Positions 9,814 through 20,364 of a stretch of DNA of 41,953 nt are shown piece by piece. The notes under the pieces were generated by a model, which searched no databases, was not told the DNA's origin, and saw nothing but the letters and a program-made list of their open reading frames with translations. A program made the translations under genes and the position numbers. The stretch is from IMG/VR virus record IMGVR_UViG_3300045988_168287; one strand, written 5' to 3'. This stretch comes from a virus. The number at the start of each line of letters is the position of its first letter. Position 1 is the stretch's first letter.

Positions 9814-10281
9814 TTAGTTGGTTTGTCGTTCTGCAATATTGAGGTATTCTGCCAGTCCTGGTATGCGTTCGATGAATTTGAATCGAAGTATATAATACAG
9901 GAAGGATACAATTTGCCATGGTGTAGTACCAGGCTTAAATATCTTCTTCAGGTTCTTCAGTATATTGAGAGCATAGAAGTAGAGTACCACGTATGTAACG
10001 AAGCTCACACATTGCAGAGCTCCTTCGTACTGATGCTTCATTTGTCCAACAGTATATATGGCACAGCACAGTATGAAGAACACAGTAGCTTCCGCTCCAC
10101 ATCTCAAAGCCTTCTTCAGGCTAAAGTCTTCATGATTAGCTATCATGCCAGACAGGTAGCCAAAAAGAAAGTTGAGGAAGAATACTATCATTAGCGATGT
10201 CAGCTCTCCCTCGATAGGCTTGAGGAAGGCTATAACTGCGATGGCGATGCCTACGCATAGTGAACGGATATTTTCTATCAT
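9814..10281 (-). CDS. Holin (multi-pass membrane protein)
   Basis: 155 aa with about 4 hydrophobic helices, immediately upstream of the endolysin and preceded by a -7 promoter box. Confidence 0.65.
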   Translation of the reverse strand: MIENIRSLCVGIAIAVIAFLKPIEGELTSLMIVFFLNFLFGYLSGMIANHEDFSLKKALRCGAEATVFFILCCAIYTVGQMKHQYEGALQCVSFVTYVVLYFYALNILKNLKKIFKPGTTPWQIVSFLYYILRFKFIERIPGLAEYLNIAERQTN

Positions 10282-10309
10282 AGTTGGATTTATTGTTGTT
10301 ATATATAGA

Positions 10310-10317
10310 CAAAGATA
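10310..10317 (-). promoter_or_regulatory. -7 promoter box TATCTTTG (Bacteroidota TAnnTTTG type) upstream of the holin
   Basis: The + strand reads CAAAGATA, about 29 nt upstream of the ATG at 10281. No clear -33 TTTG was seen. Confidence 0.4.
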
Positions 10318-10362
10318 TTATGAGCATAAACTAAATAAAAATACGCTCACGGTTCTTACTTT

Positions 10363-11784
10363 CTAATATTTCTGATTTAATATCACACCATCTGCCGAAA
10401 CACCTCCACCGTCAAACTTGAATTCGTATCGCGTATTCGAGTCTGGGCCTGTAGCTTTGTCTGCCTCGAGTTCTATTCGAACTGTCCAGTTTGGGCATTT
10501 AGTATTCTCACGCTCTGCATAAGCTATTTGTATAGGAATACCGAAGCTGTAATCAGCGTTCACCCCTTTCTGTGCATCTGATAACGAGCCGTAAGATTTC
10601 ATCTTGAAGCTTTTCTCGTTGATGGCAAAATTGATCACATCATTAATACCGATACTGACATCATCTGTCTTCAGATATGTACCTTCTCCGTCATCAGACT
10701 CGCCAACAAGTCTAATCCTAAGATTCGTGAGATAATCTGTAGAGAGTGTGAAGCTGACTTTCAAGAGCGTTTCTGATTTAATAACACCTGCAGTATTATC
10801 ACCATTGTCATAGTACAACATCTGTCCTACCTCCTGTCTCAGTTTGAGATTGCTAATATTTACCACAATGGTTTTAGTAGTAACAGGTTTGTCATCACTC
10901 TTTGCCAATGGCAATGTGACGTAGGCATCACAGAATTCTACAGTATTCTTTACTGCTGGGCATACGATACATTGAGGGAAGGTTGTAGAATCGTGGTCAG
11001 TTGTCGAGCAAAGGAGCGGAATAAATGTCAGCCTGTCGCCAACCTCATACTCTTTTAGATATCCGCGAAAATTAACATCAAGTATTTCGCCCTCATATAT
11101 TTTTCCCCCGTGCTTAAAATCTACACGAAAGATAGTTATCTCATCGTTCATAACTCCAGGCTTCATAGGTACATCTGAAGACACGAACATCTTCTCCTTA
11201 TTAGTCTCGTTGTATATACAGACGGCAGGATAGATATTGTCTCCAAGTCCCTTACGTAGCATATTCAACAGATCACCCAACGAGAAAGTATTATTCGGAT
11301 AAACAGGATCATCACCACCTTGAAACAATATGCAAACAACATTGTCATTATACACAACATTGTTTTTCTCGCTATATCCGTACACAACTGCTCGAAGAGG
11401 AAAGTTGTTTTCGTTCTCGTTGCTGTTATAACCAATGAAGTCTGACAGACGATAAGGAGCTTCTGAAGTTCCAGTAGGCTTATTGTATGTCCATCTACCA
11501 AGTTCTTTGGCTTGCTGCACATCGTTTACAGTTCTCATACCGAATACACCATTAGGATTGCCAATCCACCATCCTGTGTCACTCTTGGCAGTCCACGTTC
11601 TCATATCAGCATTAAGCGAATCTGTTACGAATGTCTCAGCTAAAGGCACAGGCTTATATTTGCTCATCATATTGATATTACTACTTCGACAGAGCGCTGC
11701 CAAATCATTAGTGCTCTCACCTAATACTTGCTTCACGTCATCGATGGTGACGGGAGCTACGATTATTCCTCTATCTACACTCAT
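10363..11784 (-). CDS. Hypothetical virion protein (tail-fibre module, possible host-recognition protein)
   Basis: 473-aa ORF tightly packed after two fibre-like genes. No motif recognised. Confidence 0.4.
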   Translation of the reverse strand: MSVDRGIIVAPVTIDDVKQVLGESTNDLAALCRSSNINMMSKYKPVPLAETFVTDSLNADMRTWTAKSDTGWWIGNPNGVFGMRTVNDVQQAKELGRWTYNKPTGTSEAPYRLSDFIGYNSNENENNFPLRAVVYGYSEKNNVVYNDNVVCILFQGGDDPVYPNNTFSLGDLLNMLRKGLGDNIYPAVCIYNETNKEKMFVSSDVPMKPGVMNDEITIFRVDFKHGGKIYEGEILDVNFRGYLKEYEVGDRLTFIPLLCSTTDHDSTTFPQCIVCPAVKNTVEFCDAYVTLPLAKSDDKPVTTKTIVVNISNLKLRQEVGQMLYYDNGDNTAGVIKSETLLKVSFTLSTDYLTNLRIRLVGESDDGEGTYLKTDDVSIGINDVINFAINEKSFKMKSYGSLSDAQKGVNADYSFGIPIQIAYAERENTKCPNWTVRIELEADKATGPDSNTRYEFKFDGGGVSADGVILNQKY

Positions 11785-11797
11785 TTCTTCACCTCCT

Positions 11798-12910
11798 TTA
11801 TCCTATAGCTATCCAGTCTCCATATTCTGTAACGCCAGACTTAACGAAGATAATGCGCTTATATATTTTGCCTTTTTCATTCTGTCTTCCATAAGCAGTC
11901 TGCTCTACAGTTATATAGCCATTGCTATCTGCCGTCGTTGATGCCAGTACTACACAGGTATAAGCTCCTTGCGAGCCTGACGGTCTGCCAAGAGTACACC
12001 ATGGATACATTCCAGTCCTTAAGGCATTATTCATATTGCTTTCGCCATATGTCGGCATATTATTTTTTGCGGCATTAGCAGTAGATTCGATAGAAGCAAT
12101 CTTGTTAATCTGCTGCTTATCCCAAGGAGTAACCACACCCTGTGTACCCTTATAGGTAGAGTTCTCTGCCTTAGCATCATTAAGAGGAATTATCTTATAT
12201 ACAGGCTTCAGACTAAGTTTGCCGACAACGAACAAATCACCAACATTGGCACCCTCTGCACCTACAAGAGATGTAATACCAGAGTTTATATTTATGCGAG
12301 TTTCTGATGATGGCAATTTACCACGGCTATCTGCTATGACATAGAAGTTGATGCTATTATTAGCCACCTTGGCATACTTAGCAGCTAAGGTGATGGCATT
12401 CTCTGTGGTTAGATTAATCGAGCCTGTTAGTGGAATAGAACTCATGGACACAAAGTCTTTTGTAGAACCATCAGCCATCAAAATCTCACTTGAAGTACCA
12501 CCAGCCTTAACAATCTTAGGCGAAGTGATAGAATCACCAGTAATATCAGTTTTTCGCCCTGTAAGTGTCCAGTCTTTAGCGTTAATATTTTCACCTGGTA
12601 ATGACGATGATGCAGCGTATGAATTAACAGTTATACCATTTACGTTGGCTCTAACTAAATCTAACGCTGCGCCATTAGAATTATTATGTAGTATCAGAAT
12701 ATCAGCTGTGCCATCCACCCCTGTTGCTAATATCTGATTGGCACTTTTTTCATCAGCATTATTAGAATTAACGTGAAGCTCAGGAGTAGCAACACCTGTT
12801 GTAAAGATACCAATATCGTTGTCTGCCTTGCCATTTAATGCAGGTTTATATTCAGCATCTATCTTCTTCTTAAAATGCTTCAGTCCTTCAAAGTCTAAGT
12901 ATTTCGTCAT
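11798..12910 (-). CDS. Tail fibre protein
   Basis: The N-terminus MTKYLDFEGLKHFKKKID resembles the common fibre N-terminal motif (LD..GL..F..KI). The body is rich in Gly/Ser/Thr/Asn. Confidence 0.55.
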   Translation of the reverse strand: MTKYLDFEGLKHFKKKIDAEYKPALNGKADNDIGIFTTGVATPELHVNSNNADEKSANQILATGVDGTADILILHNNSNGAALDLVRANVNGITVNSYAASSSLPGENINAKDWTLTGRKTDITGDSITSPKIVKAGGTSSEILMADGSTKDFVSMSSIPLTGSINLTTENAITLAAKYAKVANNSINFYVIADSRGKLPSSETRININSGITSLVGAEGANVGDLFVVGKLSLKPVYKIIPLNDAKAENSTYKGTQGVVTPWDKQQINKIASIESTANAAKNNMPTYGESNMNNALRTGMYPWCTLGRPSGSQGAYTCVVLASTTADSNGYITVEQTAYGRQNEKGKIYKRIIFVKSGVTEYGDWIAIG

Positions 12911-12916
12911 AGTTTT

Positions 12917-15900
12917 TTAATTAAAAAGTTCATCAATATCATCATTCGTAATTCTCTCATTGATATCATGCCACTCGCTCCAGGTGTTTTTTGCCCCTGC
13001 ATATCCTGGTGATGTTAAAGTGTTCCATGAGCGACACTTAAAGAACATTATTCCATCTTGATGCGAACTGAAGTTCTCCTCGGTTGGCAACAATTCACAG
13101 CTTGATATCACAACTTGATTAAGTGCATGATTCATGTTGTCTTTATACTGCAACAACACGCCGATGCTTTGCCCTTGACCATATTTGTTGTCAACAAGTA
13201 TAAACATGCCTTCTGCAATATCTTGGTAAGTATGCCAATTATCAGCAGAAGAATTGTCAGACGACAAACCAAAATCTATATCTCCACAATCTAATTTACG
13301 CTCAGCCCTCAATGTAGTAACATCAGTCTGCAATGTTGCTATCTTACTATTAAGAGCTGCAACAGAATATGCCGACGCAACAAACCCACGAGAGTCTTGC
13401 GTGAGGGCTATTGCTTCAGAGAAGAGCTTCACTGTAGCATCAAACCCTCCACCTCCGCCACCAGTTCCACTACCAGCACCATAAGCCGTAATACCACCCG
13501 TAGCATACAGATTGCCGTTCACTTTCAGAGCGTTATTGTTAACGTCATACTCAAGTCCGAGCCCTCCTAACAGCAGCTTAGTTATATTCACCAAATTAAG
13601 AGTACCAGTACCGTCTTTCTGCGGTGTGGTGGCAGTAAAAATGCTTCCATCTGCCAAACCTAAATTCACCATCTTATTCTTTTCGTCATAGCTAAGTCCT
13701 GCCCAAGCGCTCCAATTCCAAGAATCGCCACCAAAACGAATGGCTTTTACATTTTGGAATATGGCGCAGCCACCAAGAGAAGACAGATATGCAGATCCAA
13801 GCTTCAAACCGGCATGACTACCGTCGGCTAAGGTGAGCATACCAGCCACATCACCTCCGCCATCAAAATTCTGTCCCCACAGCTTTCTCGTTGTCTCAAG
13901 CTTCGATGCTGATGATGCATTCACGTTCTTCAGATAATTTATACCCTTAACGCCTTGTCCCATCTTGTAAGTTCCATTGTCCGTCACATATTTATCTACA
14001 GGAGCTTTAGTCTGCATAATCAGATTAGAATCATACATTTCAACATACTTGCCCGCCCACAGCACTCTGAACTTCGAATTGCCCGTGCACCAAGCATTAT
14101 GCCCAAGCCATATATACCCATTATCGTCGATAGCAGCATAGAAATGTATGCTACCCATCCCGTGAGTTGTCAACATCAGAGATCTTGACGACGTAGATGA
14201 AGACGACAGCATCAATGTACCATAAGCAAAATACCAATAGTTCTGATCACCATTCGAACAGAATTCTATCATTCCGTCGTTTTCTACGCTATCAGATATC
14301 TTAGTAACAAATCTGCCAATCCTCGTCCATTTTATCTCTCTATAGTCAGTGCCATATCTGTACAGATTCACCCAGCCTGCCTGCTGAATATCCGCTGCAT
14401 GATACCCATCTAAAGTATCCGCATTCTTTGCATTCTTCGCCACGCCATTACTAAAATAACTACGCAGAGTAGCTATACCCGTAGCATTCGTACCTTCTGC
14501 AGTCTTAGCCCTCGATGTCTCGGCAGATATCGAAGAGTTTATGCCTCCAATTATTCCATCCAGAGTCGTCGAGTCATCGATCTTAGCCAAGAATGCCACA
14601 ATCTCGTCCCATTTATCGATAGCACCATCCGAATCCTTGCCTGCTATAGCCGTATACCATCTATATGCCGTATCCCAGTTGGTCTGCTTGGCGGTTGTCG
14701 GTATAGAGTAGCCTGCAGCCAGCCCAATAGTAATATTTCCACTTGAGGTTACAGGAGAACCCGACACCGTAAGACCTGTAGGAACATTGATTCCAAGCGA
14801 AGTTAGATAATGCCCCTTTGGTTGATACAAATTGGCAGCATCCGTCTTCTGCAGATAATTTGTCAGCTGGTCGCTAACATCAATAGCCTCTATCTTGTCA
14901 TAGAGCTTCTTAATACTCCAAGCACTGGCTATCTGAGACAGCTCATTGCCTGCAGTCGTCAAACTGATAGCATTCGCATACGTCAGCACCGAACCATTCA
15001 GCCCTCCACCGCCATCAGTTCCGCTACCAGCACCATAAGCAGTAATGCCACCTGTTGTATACAGATTCGCCAAAGTTTTGCCATCCTTGTCTCCTGCGAT
15101 TCTGATAGCCTTATTTGTATTGTCCCATACAAGGTAAGCGCCACCGATTTTAAGATATCCTTCTGTAGCGAGCGAATCTATTCCGACCAAGGAACGAAAG
15201 TCTTTCTTCGCAATGAGATATTGCACATTGTCAATTAGAGTATTATCTGTTATTCCTGGTTTCCACACAGGTTCTAAGAAGGATAGATATACTCCTACAT
15301 TTTTTTCGCTTATTATAAATGAAGCAGGATTAGCGTGTACATTACCTGTCTTATCCCACCATATTGCACCGTCTGCAAGATAACCACTTCCGTCGAATCT
15401 AACAAGTGATGTTGCATAGTCCGTGACAGCATTCTTACCTTCTATAGTATCTGCTATCGATTGCCCTGCACGAAGGAATGTCTTTTTATCAGCAAAAGCG
15501 CCTCCCCACCAGGTCGCAATACTCTCAAGTCCTTGGTTTTGTTTTGTCTCATCGACGATACCATTCATTCCACTCATTACAGCAGCGCCTTTTGCATCTC
15601 TAAGCACTATAGTGCTTGACAGCATGAGTCCACCTTGTATAGTACTATCTCCTTGCAATGCATTCTTAAGATACTTTAGATTATCATAATTAGTCACATT
15701 ACCTAAGGTTATCGAGTAGATAGAACTCGTTATGTACGCATTAGCTATGCCGAGAGCATTATAAAAGGCACTATAAGCAGTCTGAAAATTATCGAAGAGA
15801 GTGCCAACACGATTGCTGATAGTTTTCTTGCCAGTATCATTTGATTCATTAAATCTCTTAGTAATATCATTAAGATAATCTACTAATTCCTTATGAGCGC

Positions 15901-17746
15901 TATCTAAGGCTTGTTTAGCAATCTTTAGATCTGTAAGTTCCTTAGTCTCTGCTCCTGTATCAGTTTTCAGAACCTCACTCCCAACAACCTCGTTATAAGC
16001 TTTCTCGGCAGCCGTATAGTCGTCTACCAAGCGCTTAATGTCTTGTTGCATCGCAACAATCTCTGCACCATCAACATAACCATCCTGTGTGTACTTATCA
16101 AAGGCGCTTTTGTTGTTGCTTACAGTATTAGAGAGATTCTGTAGCGATTCTTGTGTCTTAACAACAGCGTCTTGAGCCTTGTGAGCTTCAGTGTCGTCAG
16201 TATATTTAGACGACAATGTCCAATCGTTGATGTTAAACGCACCAAATGTTCGCCCTGTAGTACATCTCAATATGTCATTTTTGTACACACTTCCGTCTTG
16301 AGGATATGTTGCATTAACCCACAAGTCGCCTTCGTAGTAAGGAGGTGTAGGCTGCTGGCAAAACACTTTCATCTTACCATCTGCAGTTTCTTGCGCCTTG
16401 CTTGCTGTTTCAAGAGCTTTAGCTATATCGGTATCTGTTATTGCTAACCATTTATATATGTTGTTGTCGACCATGGCAAATCTATAAGCTTTGCCTGTAG
16501 ACGTGTCGTAATATAGGTCTCCAAGATGTATATTCTTATCGCTATCAGTTTTCCACGCTACTGCAGGAACATTACCAAGTGTAGGAATACCTTCATAGAA
16601 CCATGTTTCTATAGCTCCATCTATTTGATTTTGTAAGTCTGATATGATTTGTGAATTGCTAATAATATTATTAACTGCAGCCTCGCTCAATGTGTTATCC
16701 TCGATATACTTATCGATATTTTTACCGCCAATAGTACTCTTAACATCTAATTCTGCTTTTATTTGAAGACGTGGCTTGCCTTTACCATTACAATCTTGCT
16801 GAAATTTTACATAAGTGCTACCTTCATAGTTATTCTCAGCGGTAGGTCTGTCGCCTACATACATATCTCCATATACATTGAAGAATGCCTTCTTAGACGA
16901 ATTATTCACTCCATATTCTACATACTCTTTCTTGTCGAATGAATAATTGTCTACTCCTTGATATAAGGTGATACTTGGAGCATAAGTACCAACAGAAGAG
17001 AAGAACATACATGTCTGTCTCTCTGGGTTGTCTCTATTTCCGCATTGATTTAAGACGTCACCCTTAGCTGGTCTATCGCTATTTGTTGCGCAATCTGTTA
17101 CAGAAAGGTCTATATAATGATACTTTTTGCCATTCTTCTCTATTGCTTCATCGTCTCTGCCAATACACAGTCTCCACAAGAAGTGATTGCCCATCTTGTG
17201 GTATTTTCCATTGTTTAGATTGAAACTTTCCGAACGTATTAGGTCGCCTATTGCGAAGTCGTTACTAATTTCGTTGCCGTCGAGTTCTGCGAGAAAATAG
17301 CAACGATATGCCTCTTGTGAAACATCGTTGTATATTACGCTAACTGTCTGTACATCGTGAGCTGTCACACTTCCTGCAGGAGATAATATAACATTACCGC
17401 CTATAGTGGATGTCTTCTTGATCATCAACTCCTCGAAGATAGCTTTCATTCTTACTTCGAGATAATCGGTAGTAAGGTGTGTGTGTTCCTTGTCATCGAC
17501 AGACCATTCTCCACCAGTTAATGACACAGAAGAGTAATCGCCTATTTTAAGACCTCGCAGAAAGGTAACTTCGCCAGCTGCTACATCTTCTTTGTCCTTA
17601 CGCAAGAATGGCGCATTAAGGACATAATCTAATAGAGCAAGAAATGCCGAACCTATACGATTAGCTGTGTTGGCATGAGAGCCTCGTTCGTCGCGTATTT
17701 TAGTGAAGAGTTCACGTAGAGCAGAAAACTCTGATTGTATTGACAT
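12917..17746 (-). CDS. Large tail fibre / receptor-binding protein (1609 aa)
   Basis: Size, position, coiled-coil stretches, and two copies of NLY.TGGITAYGAGSGT(D/G)GGGG. Confidence 0.55.
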   Translation of the reverse strand: MSIQSEFSALRELFTKIRDERGSHANTANRIGSAFLALLDYVLNAPFLRKDKEDVAAGEVTFLRGLKIGDYSSVSLTGGEWSVDDKEHTHLTTDYLEVRMKAIFEELMIKKTSTIGGNVILSPAGSVTAHDVQTVSVIYNDVSQEAYRCYFLAELDGNEISNDFAIGDLIRSESFNLNNGKYHKMGNHFLWRLCIGRDDEAIEKNGKKYHYIDLSVTDCATNSDRPAKGDVLNQCGNRDNPERQTCMFFSSVGTYAPSITLYQGVDNYSFDKKEYVEYGVNNSSKKAFFNVYGDMYVGDRPTAENNYEGSTYVKFQQDCNGKGKPRLQIKAELDVKSTIGGKNIDKYIEDNTLSEAAVNNIISNSQIISDLQNQIDGAIETWFYEGIPTLGNVPAVAWKTDSDKNIHLGDLYYDTSTGKAYRFAMVDNNIYKWLAITDTDIAKALETASKAQETADGKMKVFCQQPTPPYYEGDLWVNATYPQDGSVYKNDILRCTTGRTFGAFNINDWTLSSKYTDDTEAHKAQDAVVKTQESLQNLSNTVSNNKSAFDKYTQDGYVDGAEIVAMQQDIKRLVDDYTAAEKAYNEVVGSEVLKTDTGAETKELTDLKIAKQALDSAHKELVDYLNDITKRFNESNDTGKKTISNRVGTLFDNFQTAYSAFYNALGIANAYITSSIYSITLGNVTNYDNLKYLKNALQGDSTIQGGLMLSSTIVLRDAKGAAVMSGMNGIVDETKQNQGLESIATWWGGAFADKKTFLRAGQSIADTIEGKNAVTDYATSLVRFDGSGYLADGAIWWDKTGNVHANPASFIISEKNVGVYLSFLEPVWKPGITDNTLIDNVQYLIAKKDFRSLVGIDSLATEGYLKIGGAYLVWDNTNKAIRIAGDKDGKTLANLYTTGGITAYGAGSGTDGGGGLNGSVLTYANAISLTTAGNELSQIASAWSIKKLYDKIEAIDVSDQLTNYLQKTDAANLYQPKGHYLTSLGINVPTGLTVSGSPVTSSGNITIGLAAGYSIPTTAKQTNWDTAYRWYTAIAGKDSDGAIDKWDEIVAFLAKIDDSTTLDGIIGGINSSISAETSRAKTAEGTNATGIATLRSYFSNGVAKNAKNADTLDGYHAADIQQAGWVNLYRYGTDYREIKWTRIGRFVTKISDSVENDGMIEFCSNGDQNYWYFAYGTLMLSSSSTSSRSLMLTTHGMGSIHFYAAIDDNGYIWLGHNAWCTGNSKFRVLWAGKYVEMYDSNLIMQTKAPVDKYVTDNGTYKMGQGVKGINYLKNVNASSASKLETTRKLWGQNFDGGGDVAGMLTLADGSHAGLKLGSAYLSSLGGCAIFQNVKAIRFGGDSWNWSAWAGLSYDEKNKMVNLGLADGSIFTATTPQKDGTGTLNLVNITKLLLGGLGLEYDVNNNALKVNGNLYATGGITAYGAGSGTGGGGGGFDATVKLFSEAIALTQDSRGFVASAYSVAALNSKIATLQTDVTTLRAERKLDCGDIDFGLSSDNSSADNWHTYQDIAEGMFILVDNKYGQGQSIGVLLQYKDNMNHALNQVVISSCELLPTEENFSSHQDGIMFFKCRSWNTLTSPGYAGAKNTWSEWHDINERITNDDIDELFN

Positions 17747-17767
17747 AGTAAAAATGGTGATTAAAAA

Positions 17768-18247
17768 TTAAAACCTCCTTATCGTTCTATCTATAGTATT
17801 TTTGCCGTCGCTGAATAGCTGACTCAGATACGATGACACCAAACCATTATAAGTGGTACCATAATATGAAGCTTCAAATTCGTTCAGGCGATGGATAGAG
17901 TACAGATACTTCTTCGAGAACCAGTCACGCTTCTGTCTGTGGTGTGGATTTGTCTTCCAGTCCTTCAGAAACTTGAGGTCGCCACCGTTATCATGCTTAT
18001 ATCCATTGCCCACGCCTCGAGCCACATATATACCATACTCAAGGAAATGGTGCTCGATGGTGGTAACAGGACCAGGATGTACCACACCTTGTATCGAGCG
18101 AGCCAATGCTCCTGTATCGTTTACGGGTGGAGTGAATTGCATCATTCGCTCACGCCATATATCCACCATAAACTGCTGCCACCCATCCAACCATTTCTGA
18201 TGTTCGGCATCAGTCATATTGGGTTTAAGTCCATTCCGATTCGTCAT
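17768..18247 (-). CDS. Neck/tail-completion protein, HK97 gp10-like
   Basis: DTGALARSIQG and YGIYVARGVGNG resemble the gp10-family signature (from memory). An alternative start at 18217 would remove the 23-nt overlap with the upstream gene. Confidence 0.4.
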   Translation of the reverse strand: MTNRNGLKPNMTDAEHQKWLDGWQQFMVDIWRERMMQFTPPVNDTGALARSIQGVVHPGPVTTIEHHFLEYGIYVARGVGNGYKHDNGGDLKFLKDWKTNPHHRQKRDWFSKKYLYSIHRLNEFEASYYGTTYNGLVSSYLSQLFSDGKNTIDRTIRRF

Positions 18248-18722
18248 AGCATATATCTATTGGTTCCTCGTTTTGTATCATAAAGTATAGTCCTGTCACT
18301 CCGTTATATGAATACCGAGGCAACTCGGATGAGTAGACATTATTCAACTGCAGGAATGTCAGTCGGTCGTCGCCAAGTTCGTCTCGATCGTGAAGCAGGC
18401 GAGAGTGAAACTGCCTGAATATCTGCCTGCATAGGTTCAACTTCTCTTCTCTGTCTATCATGTCGTCTATGCGATAGTGAGCCAAGATGAATATCGTATA
18501 TACATCTCTACGGAAGTAGCCTACGCCATTCGAGAAGGTCTGTTGCGAGGTGGTATCATCCACCATGATGAAGTTCTGCTGCTTCCTGAAGTTCTCCATC
18601 ACTCCCTGTATAGAGTCTGGACCAGAGCAGAGGCAAGGATAAAACTTATTGTCTTGTGCCAGTCGGCTCGACTTGGCAAGCTGTGTAAAATATTCGAGAG
18701 CTGGAAAAAGGTCTTTTGTCAT
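18225..18722 (-). CDS. Hypothetical head-tail connector region protein
   Basis: 165-aa ORF in the tightly packed block between portal and fibres. Confidence 0.4.
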   Translation of the reverse strand: MTKDLFPALEYFTQLAKSSRLAQDNKFYPCLCSGPDSIQGVMENFRKQQNFIMVDDTTSQQTFSNGVGYFRRDVYTIFILAHYRIDDMIDREEKLNLCRQIFRQFHSRLLHDRDELGDDRLTFLQLNNVYSSELPRYSYNGVTGLYFMIQNEEPIDICYDESEWT

Positions 18723-18740
18723 GGTAATATGAATTATATG

Positions 18741-19529
18741 TTATTTATTCAAGTCTGGATACTTGCGTCTGAAGTCTTCTGCCTCCTTGGCTTTAGCATC
18801 GAGTTCTGTCAGCGCTCGCCAACAGTCCACACGTTTCACTTCGGCTTCCTTCGTCACGTCGCCATCTGTCAGAGCTCTAAGCTGCAGGTTTATCGACTGC
18901 AGTACCGACAGTTCTGTCACGTCGTCAGCGGTAGCCTTGCGGAAGAAGTTCGGAAAGGCTCTCGACATAACTAACTTGATATTGGCAAACCATGCTATTG
19001 TTGCCAGGCTTTCTTCTATTGTCAGACTCAGCTCGTCAGGTCGAGAGAAGTCGGGCTTGCGATATAGAAACGAGGCGAGCTTATCTATATGCTCCTGTTT
19101 CTTCGTCTCGTGGAATAGCTGATATTGCTGTTCCATACAGAGGTATTCACCAAAGCTGATGATACGTTTATGTTCGGTATCTTCCTGCAGAAGCGGATGG
19201 ACCGCCTGGAGTCCTTGGACAACATCCAACCTATTGTCCATATCCTCCGTCGAGTCCACCCAGCTCAACTGCTTAAGAAATGAATGAATTTGCCACGCCT
19301 CTATATAGAACACCTTCAGCTTCTCGCCCTCAGGCTTATAAGCACACTTCCAGCCATAGCGGTTTTTCTCTATCACGCTGATGCCTGTAAAGCGCACAAA
19401 CATATAAGTCTTAACTACCGTCATATCTGCAAAGGTTGCCATGAGGTAGAACACGTAGCGCAACTGTTCTTGAGTCAGTTCGCGCCACGACTGAGGAGCC
19501 TTTAATTCTATATTGATAGTCTTAGCCAT
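18741..19529 (-). CDS. Hypothetical structural-module protein
   Basis: ATG at 19529 (MAKTINIELK) lies 2 nt after the upstream stop (19522..19524). The track's extension to 19589 overlaps the upstream gene. Confidence 0.45.
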   Translation of the reverse strand: MAKTINIELKAPQSWRELTQEQLRYVFYLMATFADMTVVKTYMFVRFTGISVIEKNRYGWKCAYKPEGEKLKVFYIEAWQIHSFLKQLSWVDSTEDMDNRLDVVQGLQAVHPLLQEDTEHKRIISFGEYLCMEQQYQLFHETKKQEHIDKLASFLYRKPDFSRPDELSLTIEESLATIAWFANIKLVMSRAFPNFFRKATADDVTELSVLQSINLQLRALTDGDVTKEAEVKRVDCWRALTELDAKAKEAEDFRRKYPDLNK

Positions 19530-20364
19530 TGAATACGAATGCTGATGAATCTTTAGTATTTTTGAAGCTCTCGATATGCGCAGCATCATAGGATGCTGTC
19601 TCTGGATATATAGAGTATATCTCAGGGTTCTGCTCCACCTCGCGCTCTATACGTCGATAGAGTGGGGTAGAGATGGCTGCTTTTCCGCTTACGTTCCATT
19701 TGTCTGTGAAGTCGCATATCAGCTGCAGTATTCCTGCATACGGTGTCAGCCTATCATGGTCATCGCATCGCCATGCATCGAGGATATCATCCATCTGTTC
19801 GTCTGATATTCTCAAGCGTAGAGTCTCGTCGGCATCGATGATAGCTCGCTGCATAGCCTGCCAGTCTTGATACGACCGTGCCTTGGTTGCCATGGGCGAA
19901 AAGAAGAAATAATTCTCAGTATAGATGTAGCGGATATAGTTCTTTGCCTGCATCGTCTTGCCCCATTCTTTAGATCGTAGCAAATCCACGGTCATAGCCC
20001 TTGCCCTGCATAGTGCTGTGCGTAGCTGTCCCTCGAGCGCATCCACTCTCTGCTTCGATGCAGGCGATATGGTGTCGTTTGACACAATGCCAAAGCCTGT
20101 AGGTGTCAACACCAGGTCCAACTGTCTGAACACCGAGAGAAAACCATCCACACATACCATTATCTTATAGTACTGCAGTAGTCTGCCATTCTCTCCTTCT
20201 TCAGCTATCCGCTTCAAGCCTGCTTCGCCAAGCAGATTGCTTGAGTAATTATCGTTAGCAATGTCTATTGCAGGCATCACACTTTCAAACACCTCGCTAT
20301 GAGCTGAGCAACCTACTGGCAGCGCTTGCTCGAAGTCTTCTTTAGATATTGTTATCGTTGTCAT
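19522..20364 (-). CDS. Hypothetical structural-module protein
   Basis: Probable start MTTITISKEDFE at 20364. It follows the portal gene. Confidence 0.45.
   Translation of the reverse strand: MTTITISKEDFEQALPVGCSAHSEVFESVMPAIDIANDNYSSNLLGEAGLKRIAEEGENGRLLQYYKIMVCVDGFLSVFRQLDLVLTPTGFGIVSNDTISPASKQRVDALEGQLRTALCRARAMTVDLLRSKEWGKTMQAKNYIRYIYTENYFFFSPMATKARSYQDWQAMQRAIIDADETLRLRISDEQMDDILDAWRCDDHDRLTPYAGILQLICDFTDKWNVSGKAAISTPLYRRIEREVEQNPEIYSIYPETASYDAAHIESFKNTKDSSAFVFNG

Noticed and set aside
12917-17746. Diversity-generating retroelement targeting the fibre genes
   Set aside because: There is no reverse transcriptase ORF (no YxDD-type motif) anywhere in the window. No template/variable repeat pair with adenine-specific mismatches was seen. 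The internal repeat is an ordinary in-gene duplication.
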